Source of the DNA: Marispirochaeta sp.
GTDB taxonomy: Bacteria; Spirochaetota; Spirochaetia; JC444; Marispirochaetaceae
Direction: 5' to 3'
DNA: 64,000 nucleotides
Assembly: GCA_963676835.2 (NCBI GenBank)
Contig: CAXXFF010000002.1
Location: forward strand, 1,472,001-1,536,000
The translations under genes and the position numbers were made by a program. Positions within the stretch are counted from its first letter, which is position 1; each line of letters begins with the position of its first letter. This document shows, piece by piece, positions 10,901 through 18,900 of the stretch. A model generated the notes under the pieces. That model ran no database searches, had not been told where the DNA came from, and was given only the letters and a program-made list of their open reading frames with translations.

Positions 10901-11366
10901 ATTCAGTCCAGGATTCTGCCCGGCTTTTAAGCTCCTGCAGAGCCAGATCGTCAAACCCGAAGTAGAGGGTTGTATCGATTGTATCTTTATCGATAGTTAT
11001 TGAAGCACCGTTCTCAAGCAGCATTTTTACCATAGCTTTGTTGCCGGCAGACATTGCCAGCGCGATAGGCCGGTTGTTGATAGCGAAATCAATGGAATAG
11101 TAATCTTCATCACCCGATTCCTCTCTCAGCAGGTTCTCCGGAAGTAGGTTCGGGTCGGCACCTTCTTTCAGCAGTTTTTCTGCCGCTGCAATGTCTTCCC
11201 GGGCCACGGCATACTGAAAGTCAAACTGCCGGTTTGCGGCGTCTCTATCCAGGGCGGAGAGATGTATAAGTGGTATAAATGAGAACAGCAGTAATAGGGC
11301 TGAAATTATCAGAGATTTGAAATTCCTGCTGGTGACAGATGTTGTGTCCAGATTGAGTTGTTTCAC
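7929..11366 (-). CDS. Large exported ankyrin-repeat protein
   Basis: N-terminal hydrophobic signal; many TPLxxA/LLxxGAD ankyrin repeats over 1145 aa. Confidence 0.9.
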   Translation of the reverse strand: MKQLNLDTTSVTSRNFKSLIISALLLLFSFIPLIHLSALDRDAANRQFDFQYAVAREDIAAAEKLLKEGADPNLLPENLLREESGDEDYYSIDFAINNRPIALAMSAGNKAMVKMLLENGASITIDKDTIDTTLYFGFDDLALQELKSRAESWTESLPEELLGGDYPLVLKAARAGNAELVRFFLSHGEDIFIQNKQGPGLLHAAAEGNLPGIIQLCLDNGMDINTPDPWDNTALNVAMSFSSPEALLYLMEKGAEFDPDSVSRQCIYYGLFDVTRKIYADYPEVEYNYTKAFWNALLTGNKEIIEYYRAKTRPEEYMALEFQWQNILHPATAGGYMPVIRELIETEKYDPFAVSGDNPSPAYMAAADSHNPEAVRYFLDLGWDPNEAPRNIPALSSLLIGQEPLNEGDIEIIRILMEAGVKIAEACGKGAGVTDTPLACAISFGKPEILRMFLETEEVNTVLAAKASGYGSTTRDADPPLNTLIRAGYRNFNGEFPDLCRLMLEKGADLSTDYLGTYALSNIVEKQDDNLFSLLTGYTVRPGIEKSAYAAMNKAAYLGRLRYIQRLVDAGISPNINVDHTTPLGEAVIAGQTDAVRLLLENGAEPDMRSADNKLPLELVPDGSQEIQELLKQYGASDPSDHSFGAEDLINAVKSGDLSQVGVLIVKGADPDAAGAEGIYPIEIAAAAGRMEMVKLLIGGGARVNETDSGPVKPLEKALENRHYELFRYLLTQGARPDRNALYNSIMRDVIQTGDINLITDTIRHSHLRDADELVFYNIGEYRSMLHIAAGEGNLDTVKFFIEIGASVDEQSTNGITPLISAAAQGNVDMINLLLDWGADPNKEADKETIRLTTPLMAASAANSSECIKLLLKAGADASAQNENGETALDLAKSSEVRTLLEETGAVAAVGPDAALANAVRYMNYGEVLKALKDGADPDTEAADGFPVLLTAVKQTSMLTRETSFLIVDALLAAGADPNCRNRVQQTPLFDAVGPFRGIEIGLLLLKYGADPDLMDRYRQSAFDEEMVNDADLIMLKLYYAVLGDDLGEFQRVLAEMPDFDLESHDVWGRTLLTLAFEEQATIVADYLVAEGAHRDVHSTIFPGYLRKTSRNAGFMEKISMPGDLTLAKIADYTGIGFLKALIEE

Positions 11367-11509
11367 ATATAATCCTTGAACATTGCTTATATTGTTTTTT
11401 GTGTTCCGGTGATCCTACCGTATCGGGACAATGCCTGCAAGCAGTGTGGACAATGTGAATAAATATGAATAAATTAGAATAATGGTAATGATGAAAGGAG
11501 CAATGCAGC

Positions 11510-11749
11510 ATGGCAAAAACAATTACTCTTCGCATTGATGACGATACCTACAGGTTATTTAAATCTGCTGCTGAAGGTGAACGGCGCTCGATTTCCAACT
11601 TTATCGAGTATGCGGCTATCGCTTTTTTGACCGAAGAGAGTTTTGTTTCAGACAATGAGATGGAAGAAATTATGAACGATAAAAACCTTCTTTCATCCCT
11701 GGACAGGGGCAGAAAAGAGATAGCTGAAGGAAAGTATAGAGTTGTCTGA
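11510..11749 (+). CDS. Ribbon-helix-helix (CopG/DUF1778-like) antitoxin
   Basis: KTITLRIDD...AAEGERRSISNFI RHH pattern; SD AAGGAG; overlaps the downstream toxin. Confidence 0.8.
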   Translation: MAKTITLRIDDDTYRLFKSAAEGERRSISNFIEYAAIAFLTEESFVSDNEMEEIMNDKNLLSSLDRGRKEIAEGKYRVV

Positions 11750-12017
11750 AGAGTTTGTTATTGCAGAAACAGACAGTTTTCAGAAAACGATTAAGCTGCC
11801 TGAATTTAAGAAACTTTACAAAAAGATTACCGACTATGTGTATCCTCTCATTAAGCGTAACCCCTATTACGGGCCCAATATAAAACGTCTGAAAGGTGAC
11901 TATTCGGACTTCTATCGCTACAGGATTGGCAATTACCGCCTGTTTTACACTATCAATGGATCAGAGGTTATCATCTACATTATTGATATTGTGCATAGAA
12001 AAAATGCCTATAAGTAG
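11742..12017 (+). CDS. RelE/ParE-family toxin
   Basis: IKRLKG..YRYRIGNYRLFY..IVHRKNAY RelE motif. Confidence 0.88.
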   Translation: MSEEFVIAETDSFQKTIKLPEFKKLYKKITDYVYPLIKRNPYYGPNIKRLKGDYSDFYRYRIGNYRLFYTINGSEVIIYIIDIVHRKNAYK

Positions 12018-12041
12018 GCATTGCATATTTCAGTTTGCTTT

Positions 12042-13031
12042 TTACTCCTGACTGAATGCCCTCAGCATCTCTTCCAGATACCAGGACTCAAACTTGCTGT
12101 TTTTAATATACCCGCAATGTCCGCCGTTTTCCTGAAGAATAAACCGCACTGAATCGCTCATGGCGGCAGTTGAAATATCGGTATAGGGAATTATGGGGTC
12201 ATCCTTTGAGGTAAGCAGGGTAAAGGGCAGGGTTATTCCGTCGAGGTATCCCTCTTTGAGGGTATATCTGCCGAAGTAATCCTCCAGGGAGGTATAAGGG
12301 GTGTACTTCAGGAGTTCTTCGGTCATGGGAATGCAGCCATTCATGGAGAGGATCTTGCTGAAATCGTAGAGTTCCGGGTAGAGGCTCTGTTTTAAGGCCA
12401 GGGACTTTTTCCATTTTTTGAGAAAGTAGCCGCGGATAAGGGGAATGGTATCTACCCTGCGGGTGGAATCCAGGGGATCGATTGCCGGGTTAACGGCGAA
12501 TATGTGTTTCAGTCCGGTGAAGCCTTCATGGGAGGCACGTTTTGCAACGCGGATGCAGAAGTTGGCCCCCATGGAGAATCCTGCAAGGTAGGCGTCCAAG
12601 GAAGGGGCATTCAGCCGGATTATCTCTTTTACTGCTGCCCAGGCTTCGTCGATAAGGGTTCCAAGAAAAAAGCCCTCATTCAGGTGGTGGCTCTCACCAT
12701 GATCCCGCATGTTCAGCCGGAATACGTTGTAGCCCCGGTCGAAAAAGTAGCGGCCCGTACTGATCATGTAAGCAGATTTGGCGCTGCCCTCCCAGCCGTG
12801 AAAAAGGATTATTAGTCCTTTTGCGGGTAAAACTTTCTGCCCGGAAAGGAATCCCTGAAGGCGGATACCGTTGCCGGCATCTATAATCTCTTCAGTGCTG
12901 CATCTCTCAAAATCAGTAATACCCCTGTTCCTGAATTTCGCGCTGTTCAGCAGAGTCTGTCTCATAGGGCCCTTGATGTACCAGGGAGGGGTGAATGGAG
13001 TAGATGTTTTTTGTATCTGGCTGTTTTTCAT
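12042..13031 (-). CDS. YheT-family alpha/beta hydrolase
   Basis: FHGWEGS, GFSMGAN nucleophile, SKDDP, GGHCG; probable start ATG 13031. Confidence 0.88.
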   Translation of the reverse strand: MKNSQIQKTSTPFTPPWYIKGPMRQTLLNSAKFRNRGITDFERCSTEEIIDAGNGIRLQGFLSGQKVLPAKGLIILFHGWEGSAKSAYMISTGRYFFDRGYNVFRLNMRDHGESHHLNEGFFLGTLIDEAWAAVKEIIRLNAPSLDAYLAGFSMGANFCIRVAKRASHEGFTGLKHIFAVNPAIDPLDSTRRVDTIPLIRGYFLKKWKKSLALKQSLYPELYDFSKILSMNGCIPMTEELLKYTPYTSLEDYFGRYTLKEGYLDGITLPFTLLTSKDDPIIPYTDISTAAMSDSVRFILQENGGHCGYIKNSKFESWYLEEMLRAFSQE

Positions 13032-13089
13032 ACTGTTTCTTCCGCCTGCAGCTGCAATAGTATGAGATAGGAATAATCTCTGCAAGGCA

Positions 13090-13139
13090 GGTGGTTTCGA
13101 CTACTTCGACAATGCACAGCATAACTCTGCTCAACCACC
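13090..13139. repeat. Degenerate TTCGAC...GCTCA-type palindromic (REP-like) element
   Basis: GGTGGTT...AACCACC ends enclosing TTCGAC twice and GCTCA; related reverse-orientation relic ATTGAACGCTCAGTCGAAAT at 6554-6573. Confidence 0.4.
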
Positions 13140-13148
13140 AAGTAAAAA

Positions 13149-13177
13149 TTGACGAAAGTGTACCCTGTGGCTATAAT
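13149..13177 (+). promoter_or_regulatory. sigma70 promoter, leaderless TA transcript
   Basis: TTGACG-N17-TATAAT, 6 nt before ATG 13184. Confidence 0.7.
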
Positions 13178-13183
13178 TAAAGC

Positions 13184-13480
13184 ATGATAACCGTTGGAAT
13201 CAGAAATCTACGCAACGCACTCAGCAGGTATCTGGATCTTGTAAAACAGGGCGAGAAGGTAATTATTACCGATCACAACAGGATTGTGGCTGAAATTGTT
13301 CCGCCCCAGGCGGGACAAAGTGAATCTGAAATGCTGCAGAAATACCTGTCCGAGCAGATAAAATCCGGTGGTGTTATTAAGGCTTCCGGCAATTTCAGAA
13401 TTGAACCAAAAGATGCTGCTGTCCAGAAAGATTCAGACCTGGAAAAAATCTATACCGAAACACGGTCAGAGAGAGTATGA
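13184..13480 (+). CDS. Phd/YefM-family antitoxin
   Basis: VGIRNLRNALSRYLDLVKQGEKVIITDHNRIVAEIVP. Confidence 0.88.
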   Translation: MITVGIRNLRNALSRYLDLVKQGEKVIITDHNRIVAEIVPPQAGQSESEMLQKYLSEQIKSGGVIKASGNFRIEPKDAAVQKDSDLEKIYTETRSERV

Positions 13481-13911
13481 AAACCGGGTATATAGATACC
13501 AGCTTTCTCTTGTCCATTATTTTTAAAGATGAAAACTATAATGCATCGGTTGAACATTGGAACAATACGGAGTTCAAATACAGTTCAATCTTGCTGGAAA
13601 TAGAATCCAGAATTAACCTGTTCAAGTATTGTATTAAAAGCAGAGCGAATGAAGCATTATATACGGAAAAGCAGCTTGAATTAAACAATCTCTTAAGCAG
13701 CATAAATCTTAAACTGATAGATAACGAGATAAACCTCGAAATTAAAAACAACGATGCCCTGAAGCGAGCCCGGTCGCTGGACAGTATTCACCTGGCTACT
13801 GCACATATAATAAACAAACTGGATACAGAAAAGATCCTTTTGTGCAGCTACGATAAAGAGATGAGCACAGTAGGCAGAGAGTTGGGTATGAATATCCTCA
13901 GTAAAGGATGA
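13477..13911 (+). CDS. vapC: VapC/PIN-domain toxin
   Basis: YIDTSFL...E...RSLDSIHLATA...SYDKEM PIN acidic residues; ATGA overlap with the antitoxin. Confidence 0.85.
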   Translation: MKTGYIDTSFLLSIIFKDENYNASVEHWNNTEFKYSSILLEIESRINLFKYCIKSRANEALYTEKQLELNNLLSSINLKLIDNEINLEIKNNDALKRARSLDSIHLATAHIINKLDTEKILLCSYDKEMSTVGRELGMNILSKG

Positions 13912-13915
13912 TTAG

Positions 13916-14233
13916 CTAACCGCAGGAACTGCAGGAGGAGCACTTGGACGGTGTGCATGCCGGCGGTTCTTCTATGTCGCCAATGCTGCCGTCGTACATC
14001 AGCACGCTCCACCAGAAGCCCAGTTCATCCAGCATGGTGTTCTGCTCTTCTGTGGGGGATTCGGTTTTAAGATGGTTCAGGGATTCCTCGAATTCATAAA
14101 GCTTGAAGTGGAAGCCCGATTCCTGAATCGCATGCAGTACTTCCAAGGATGAGCCGTACTTGTAGAAGGATTTGCGCAAATCGTTATTCTTTACAATCTC
14201 TTTAATGAATTTCTCGGCATCGATTAATGGCAT
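13916..14233 (-). CDS. Nif11-like leader-domain protein with Cys-rich C-terminus
   Basis: AEKFIKEIVKNNDLRK...AIQESGFHFKLYEF resembles the Nif11 leader pattern; tail CTPSKCSSCSSCG; SD AAGGAG. Confidence 0.65.
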   Translation of the reverse strand: MPLIDAEKFIKEIVKNNDLRKSFYKYGSSLEVLHAIQESGFHFKLYEFEESLNHLKTESPTEEQNTMLDELGFWWSVLMYDGSIGDIEEPPACTPSKCSSCSSCG

Positions 14234-14283
14234 ACAGCGCTCCTTCCTTTTCTTTGCTGACTTAAGATAACACTATTAAACAA

Positions 14284-14299
14284 TGCAAGGAGCGTACCA
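14284..14299 (-). promoter_or_regulatory. sigma54 (-24/-12) promoter for Nif11-like gene
   Basis: Minus strand TGGTACGCTCCTTGCA = GG-N10-GC consensus, 50 bp upstream of the ATG. Confidence 0.75.
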
Positions 14300-14460
14300 A
14301 ATATTCTAAACTACAAAAAAGGTTTGTAATTCTTTTTATTGTGGGTAATTACGTGCCTGCTTTATTTTTCTTTGATACTGTGAAGTGCAAAAAGAAGCGC
14401 ACCATAATGTAAACTCATGCCTCTTTCTTACCTGGAAGTAAAAAAGGGACCAAAGCCAGT

Positions 14461-14489
14461 TTGACCCCGGTAGTTTCCTCAGGTATAGT
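14461..14489 (+). promoter_or_regulatory. sigma70 promoter (near-leaderless)
   Basis: TTGACC-N17-TATAGT, 8 nt before ATG 14498. Confidence 0.55.
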
Positions 14490-14497
14490 CGCTAATA

Positions 14498-15328
14498 ATG
14501 AAATCGTTAATAACAATAAAAACTGACAAGACCCTTTCCCCTGCAGAAGAGCGGTATCTTCGCCGCTTTGTACTAGGGAATCTCATTGCAAAGTACATTA
14601 TTCTTACCAGTCAGGCCGCCGGTTTTGTCTTCATTATATATCTTGTTCTGGAATGGCTGATCCCGGGTCTTACAAATAGTTTGTCTTTCAGGGATTTTGA
14701 TTATCTTGCTGCGGCTGGGAATATTCTGGCCCTCCTTTTATTCCTGATCTTAATTCTGGGCTCCGGGTTGCTTGTGCTGGGCTGGCATCCCTTGCGAGCG
14801 GGTTATTCCATAATGACTTTACATGCCGTTGTCACCCGGAAAGGGAGGTCCCTGCAGTATGGCCCCCTTATTGCTCCGCCGCCATGGCGGAAGTACTTAC
14901 CTGAGCAAAGCCCCATTCCCCTGAAGGTTGCCGAGTTCAACGGATTTTCTGATCTGGGAAGGCGGGCACCGATTCTTTTAGGAGTTCCGCAGCTTGGGCT
15001 GGACATGGATCAACATGCGAAACTGGGACTGCTTAAATACCGTAATACCCTGTTCCCCGGTGTTGCAGCTGTCGTAAGTATTTTCGGGATGCTGGCAGCA
15101 TGGATCGGGGAAGTTGACCGGATGGGATTCTTTGCAGGAATTGAGATATCCCTTGCTGCCTGGGTAATGAATGACACTGTACATAGAGCTTTTGCAGCCT
15201 TTTCTGTCGTCGGTGTCTGGTCGGTTTTCACCTTACTTTTTGTCATCCCGCGTAATCTGATAATCCGTTGCCGTATTAACAAGGAAATTGCGGGACGGTC
15301 AAAAAAGAAGAGCACCTGGTATAAGTAG
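14498..15328 (+). CDS. Hypothetical membrane protein
   Basis: 276-aa ORF with about 4 hydrophobic segments and its own promoter. Confidence 0.65.
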   Translation: MKSLITIKTDKTLSPAEERYLRRFVLGNLIAKYIILTSQAAGFVFIIYLVLEWLIPGLTNSLSFRDFDYLAAAGNILALLLFLILILGSGLLVLGWHPLRAGYSIMTLHAVVTRKGRSLQYGPLIAPPPWRKYLPEQSPIPLKVAEFNGFSDLGRRAPILLGVPQLGLDMDQHAKLGLLKYRNTLFPGVAAVVSIFGMLAAWIGEVDRMGFFAGIEISLAAWVMNDTVHRAFAAFSVVGVWSVFTLLFVIPRNLIIRCRINKEIAGRSKKKSTWYK

Positions 15329-15362
15329 TTTTTTAAGAGTCCCCTATGGTAAATTCAGGAAA

Positions 15363-15800
15363 TTATTCCACCGAACGATGGCGTTCCAGCCAGAAAAGAA
15401 ATGAAATGAGCAGGGCGTTCATGGCCAGAAACAGCGGAAGGGTATCTATGATGCTGATGTACTGCGTTGTGCTGCGGACATACCAGCTGGCATCAATTGA
15501 ATAAAGCTGGGGGCATGGTGTGCCGGCTCCACGGCACTCAAAAATGAAGGCTGCATAGAAAATGTTGCTGAGAATAAGTGCGGTAAACCCGTGAACCATA
15601 TATCCTCTGGCAATTTTACGGGTTATCAGAACTCCCAGAATCAGCAGGCAAGCCTGCAGTAGAAGATGGATGGATGATATCCCAAGATGGTTGGCTCCGG
15701 CAAATGAGAAGATCTGCGGCAGGGTTACGGCTGCAGAGAGAAGGCAGAAGAGAGTAAAAAACACAGTTGCTCGAAAAAACGGACTATTTCTCATACACAC
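15363..15800 (-). CDS. Hypothetical membrane protein
   Basis: Four hydrophobic segments; start may be ATG 15794. Confidence 0.55.
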   Translation of the reverse strand: MCMRNSPFFRATVFFTLFCLLSAAVTLPQIFSFAGANHLGISSIHLLLQACLLILGVLITRKIARGYMVHGFTALILSNIFYAAFIFECRGAGTPCPQLYSIDASWYVRSTTQYISIIDTLPLFLAMNALLISFLFWLERHRSVE

Positions 15801-15916
15801 TCTTTAAATAATTTTCAAACAGACTTGAATCCTATAATGGAACGATATAATGCGCAAGAAAAAAAATTAATCTGCCATGGACGAAAACGGGAAAGTGATC
15901 GTAATATGGTCGGGCT

Positions 15917-18900
15917 ATGAAAAAACATTATCTTCCAATAAGCGTTCTATTATTTGCTGCTTTACTGTTCAGTACCTGTACTTCAAGTGCAGTTAACACC
16001 CTTCCCGATCCACGCCAGATACAGGCGGTTACAAGTGGCGAGCTTGGCCTTTCCTCGCCGGTAAGGATTGTTTTTACCAAAGCACTGGGCGAACAGGGAA
16101 CGGTGCCTGCCGTTAACCCTCTGCATATCCGTCCCCGGGTGGCCGGTTCTGTTGTCTGGGAGGATGACTGGACCCTCAAGTTTACCCCCGAGGAGTTATA
16201 CCGGCCTGATACCGAGTACCGCATCTCTTTTTCTGCTGAGTCCGGTCCTTTTTCGGAGATCAAATCCTTTGAGTACGGCTGTCATACCGTATCGGATTCG
16301 CTGCTGCTTGAAAAAGAGACCCTGCGCATACCTGATCCTTCGGTTGCTGAGTCAATGGTGCTTTCCTGTGCTGTTACTGCAGCTGAGGGACTGACCGCCG
16401 ATGCCGTGGCAGAGAAGATCGAAGCAAAACTTGACGGCCGTGTACTGCCGGTGTTCGTCGCTCCTTCCCCCGACAGCGACGGCTACAGCCTCAGCGTTGA
16501 CGGTATTGTAAAGAGCGGGAAGAGTGCTGATCTTGTTCTTTCCTGGAGTGAGAAGCAGGGCGGCAAAGTGAGAAAGCTGCAGAAGGTTGTTACTGTTCCC
16601 GGAAGCAGCGATTTTTCCGTTCTTTCAATTCGGCCTGTGCCCGAGCCGAATGAGCATATTGAAATAGTCTTCAGCCAGCCTCTAAATGAAACACAGCCTC
16701 TGGAAGGGCTGGTTTCTGCCATGGGACTGGAGAATCTGACGCTCAACCGTAAATCAAACATAGTCAGACTCTATTCGAACCGGAAGCTGCCTAAAAGCGC
16801 AGAGGTGCTGGTGAGCGAACTGGTAATGAGCTCCGGCGGTGTCGCCCTGGGTTCGGATAACCGCAGCACGGTGCGGATTCCCAGCCAGAAGCCGCTGGTC
16901 CGCTTTGTCGGCAACGGGGTAATTATTCCCACCAGTCAGGGAACCACCGTCCCTATTGAAACGTTGAACCTGTCCGCCTTTATGGTGGAGGCCGTAAAGA
17001 TTTACGGTGACAATATGCGCCAGTTTCTGCAGATTAACGACCTGGACGGTGACAAAGAGATGTACCGGGTTGGTGATGTTATCTGGCGCAAGGTTATTCA
17101 GCTGGACTGGGATGATGAAAATACCGATCGCTGGGTCCGCTACGGACTGGATGTTTCGCCCCTTATAAAGGGAGATCCCGACGGCATGTACCAGCTGCGG
17201 GTAACATTTCGCAGGCCTCATATAAAATATCCGGGCGCAGAAGGTGCCACAGCAGAGCCTGTTACCTGGGATAATCTTTCCGCCGGCGAATCCGGGGAGT
17301 CCAGCTTCTGGGACAACTGGCAGCCGAACTACTCCTGGGATTACCGCCGCAACCGGAATGACCCCAACCATCCTGCCTACTACCAGAAATGGAATGATCA
17401 CGACATCAGTGCCGCTCGGAACGTGCTGGTATCGAACCTCGGGCTGATTGTTCAGCAGGGTGCGGATGCTGATGCAATGGAAATCAGCGCCACTGATCTT
17501 CGAACAGCAGAGCCTGTACGAAGTGCCGAAGTTTCCATCCTCAATTATCAGGGCAGGGTGCTGGATTCCGCCCGAACCTCCGGCAGCGGAACTGCTACCC
17601 TCAAATCTCCTGCCGAGGCTTTTCTGGTAACCGCCTCAAGGGGGAGCGACAGAGCCTATGTTAAGGTGAATGACCAGTCCGCCCTTGAAACCAGCCAGTT
17701 TGATGTCAAAGGTGTTAAGCCCCATAAGGGCGTTTACGGCTTTATTTACGGAGACCGTGGAGTCTGGCGGCCGGGAGATACGGCCCACATGAGTTTTATG
17801 CTCCATGACCCCCAGAGGGTTATACCCCATAATCATCCGGTAGTAATGGAATTGTCCGATCCCCGGGGAAGTGTCCGGGAGAGCCGGACAGTTACCGACA
17901 ACGAAGGCGGTCTTTACTATTTCCCTATAGATTTTGCCGCCGATGCCCAGACGGGTAACTGGACCATGAGGCTTCGGTTGGGTGGGCAGGTTTTTGAAAA
18001 AACCGTAAAGGTTGAGTCGGTTATGCCCAACCGTCTTAAAATTATGCTTGATCTTGCCTCTGCAGGAGGCGCCGGGGAGGCTTTAAGCAACGGAATCCTC
18101 TCGGGAACCCTCTCTTCTGTCTGGCTTCACGGTGCAATCGCTTCAGACCTGAAAGCCAGTGTTGATATGAGTTTTTCTCCCGCACAGACCAGTTTCCCCG
18201 GCTACAGTGAGTATGTCTTTGATGATCCTGTAGGTCAGTTCTTCTCTGACCGGGAATCGATTTTTTCCGGCAATCTTGATGAGGATGGAAAGGCTCAGAT
18301 ACGCAAATCCGTGCGTATTAACGATGCTCCCGGAAGACTTACTGCCACAGCCAGCACCCGGGTGTACGAAACCGGCGGCAGCTATTCCAGTGAATATGTA
18401 AGTTTCCCCTTTGATCCTTATGATCAGTATGCGGGAATCAAGGTACCCAAAGGGGATGCCGCCAGAGGCATGCTCTTAACCGATGAGGATCAGAGAATAG
18501 ATATTGCCCTGCTGAACAAAGACGGCAGCCGGGTTTCCAGCGGACGGGTAAAGGTTGAATTGATTAAACTCAACTGGCGCTGGTGGTGGGAGACGGATGA
18601 AGAGAATCTTTCCAATTTTATGCGCCGCCGCTCTTATACGGTACGGCTGGAAGATGAAATTGATATAAGCAACGGCCGTGGATCCTGGACATTCCAGCTC
18701 CACTACCCCGAGTGGGGCCGTTACCTTATCCGGGCCACCGACAGGTCTTCCGGCCATGTTACCGGTAAAATTGTCTATATTGACTGGCCCGGCTGGGCCG
18801 GCAAGGGGCAGAAAGAGGGGATGGGCAGCGCCTCCATGCTGGTTCTCAGCGCTGACAAGACTGCCTGCACCGTGGGAGAAGAGGTGACTGTCAGTTTTCC

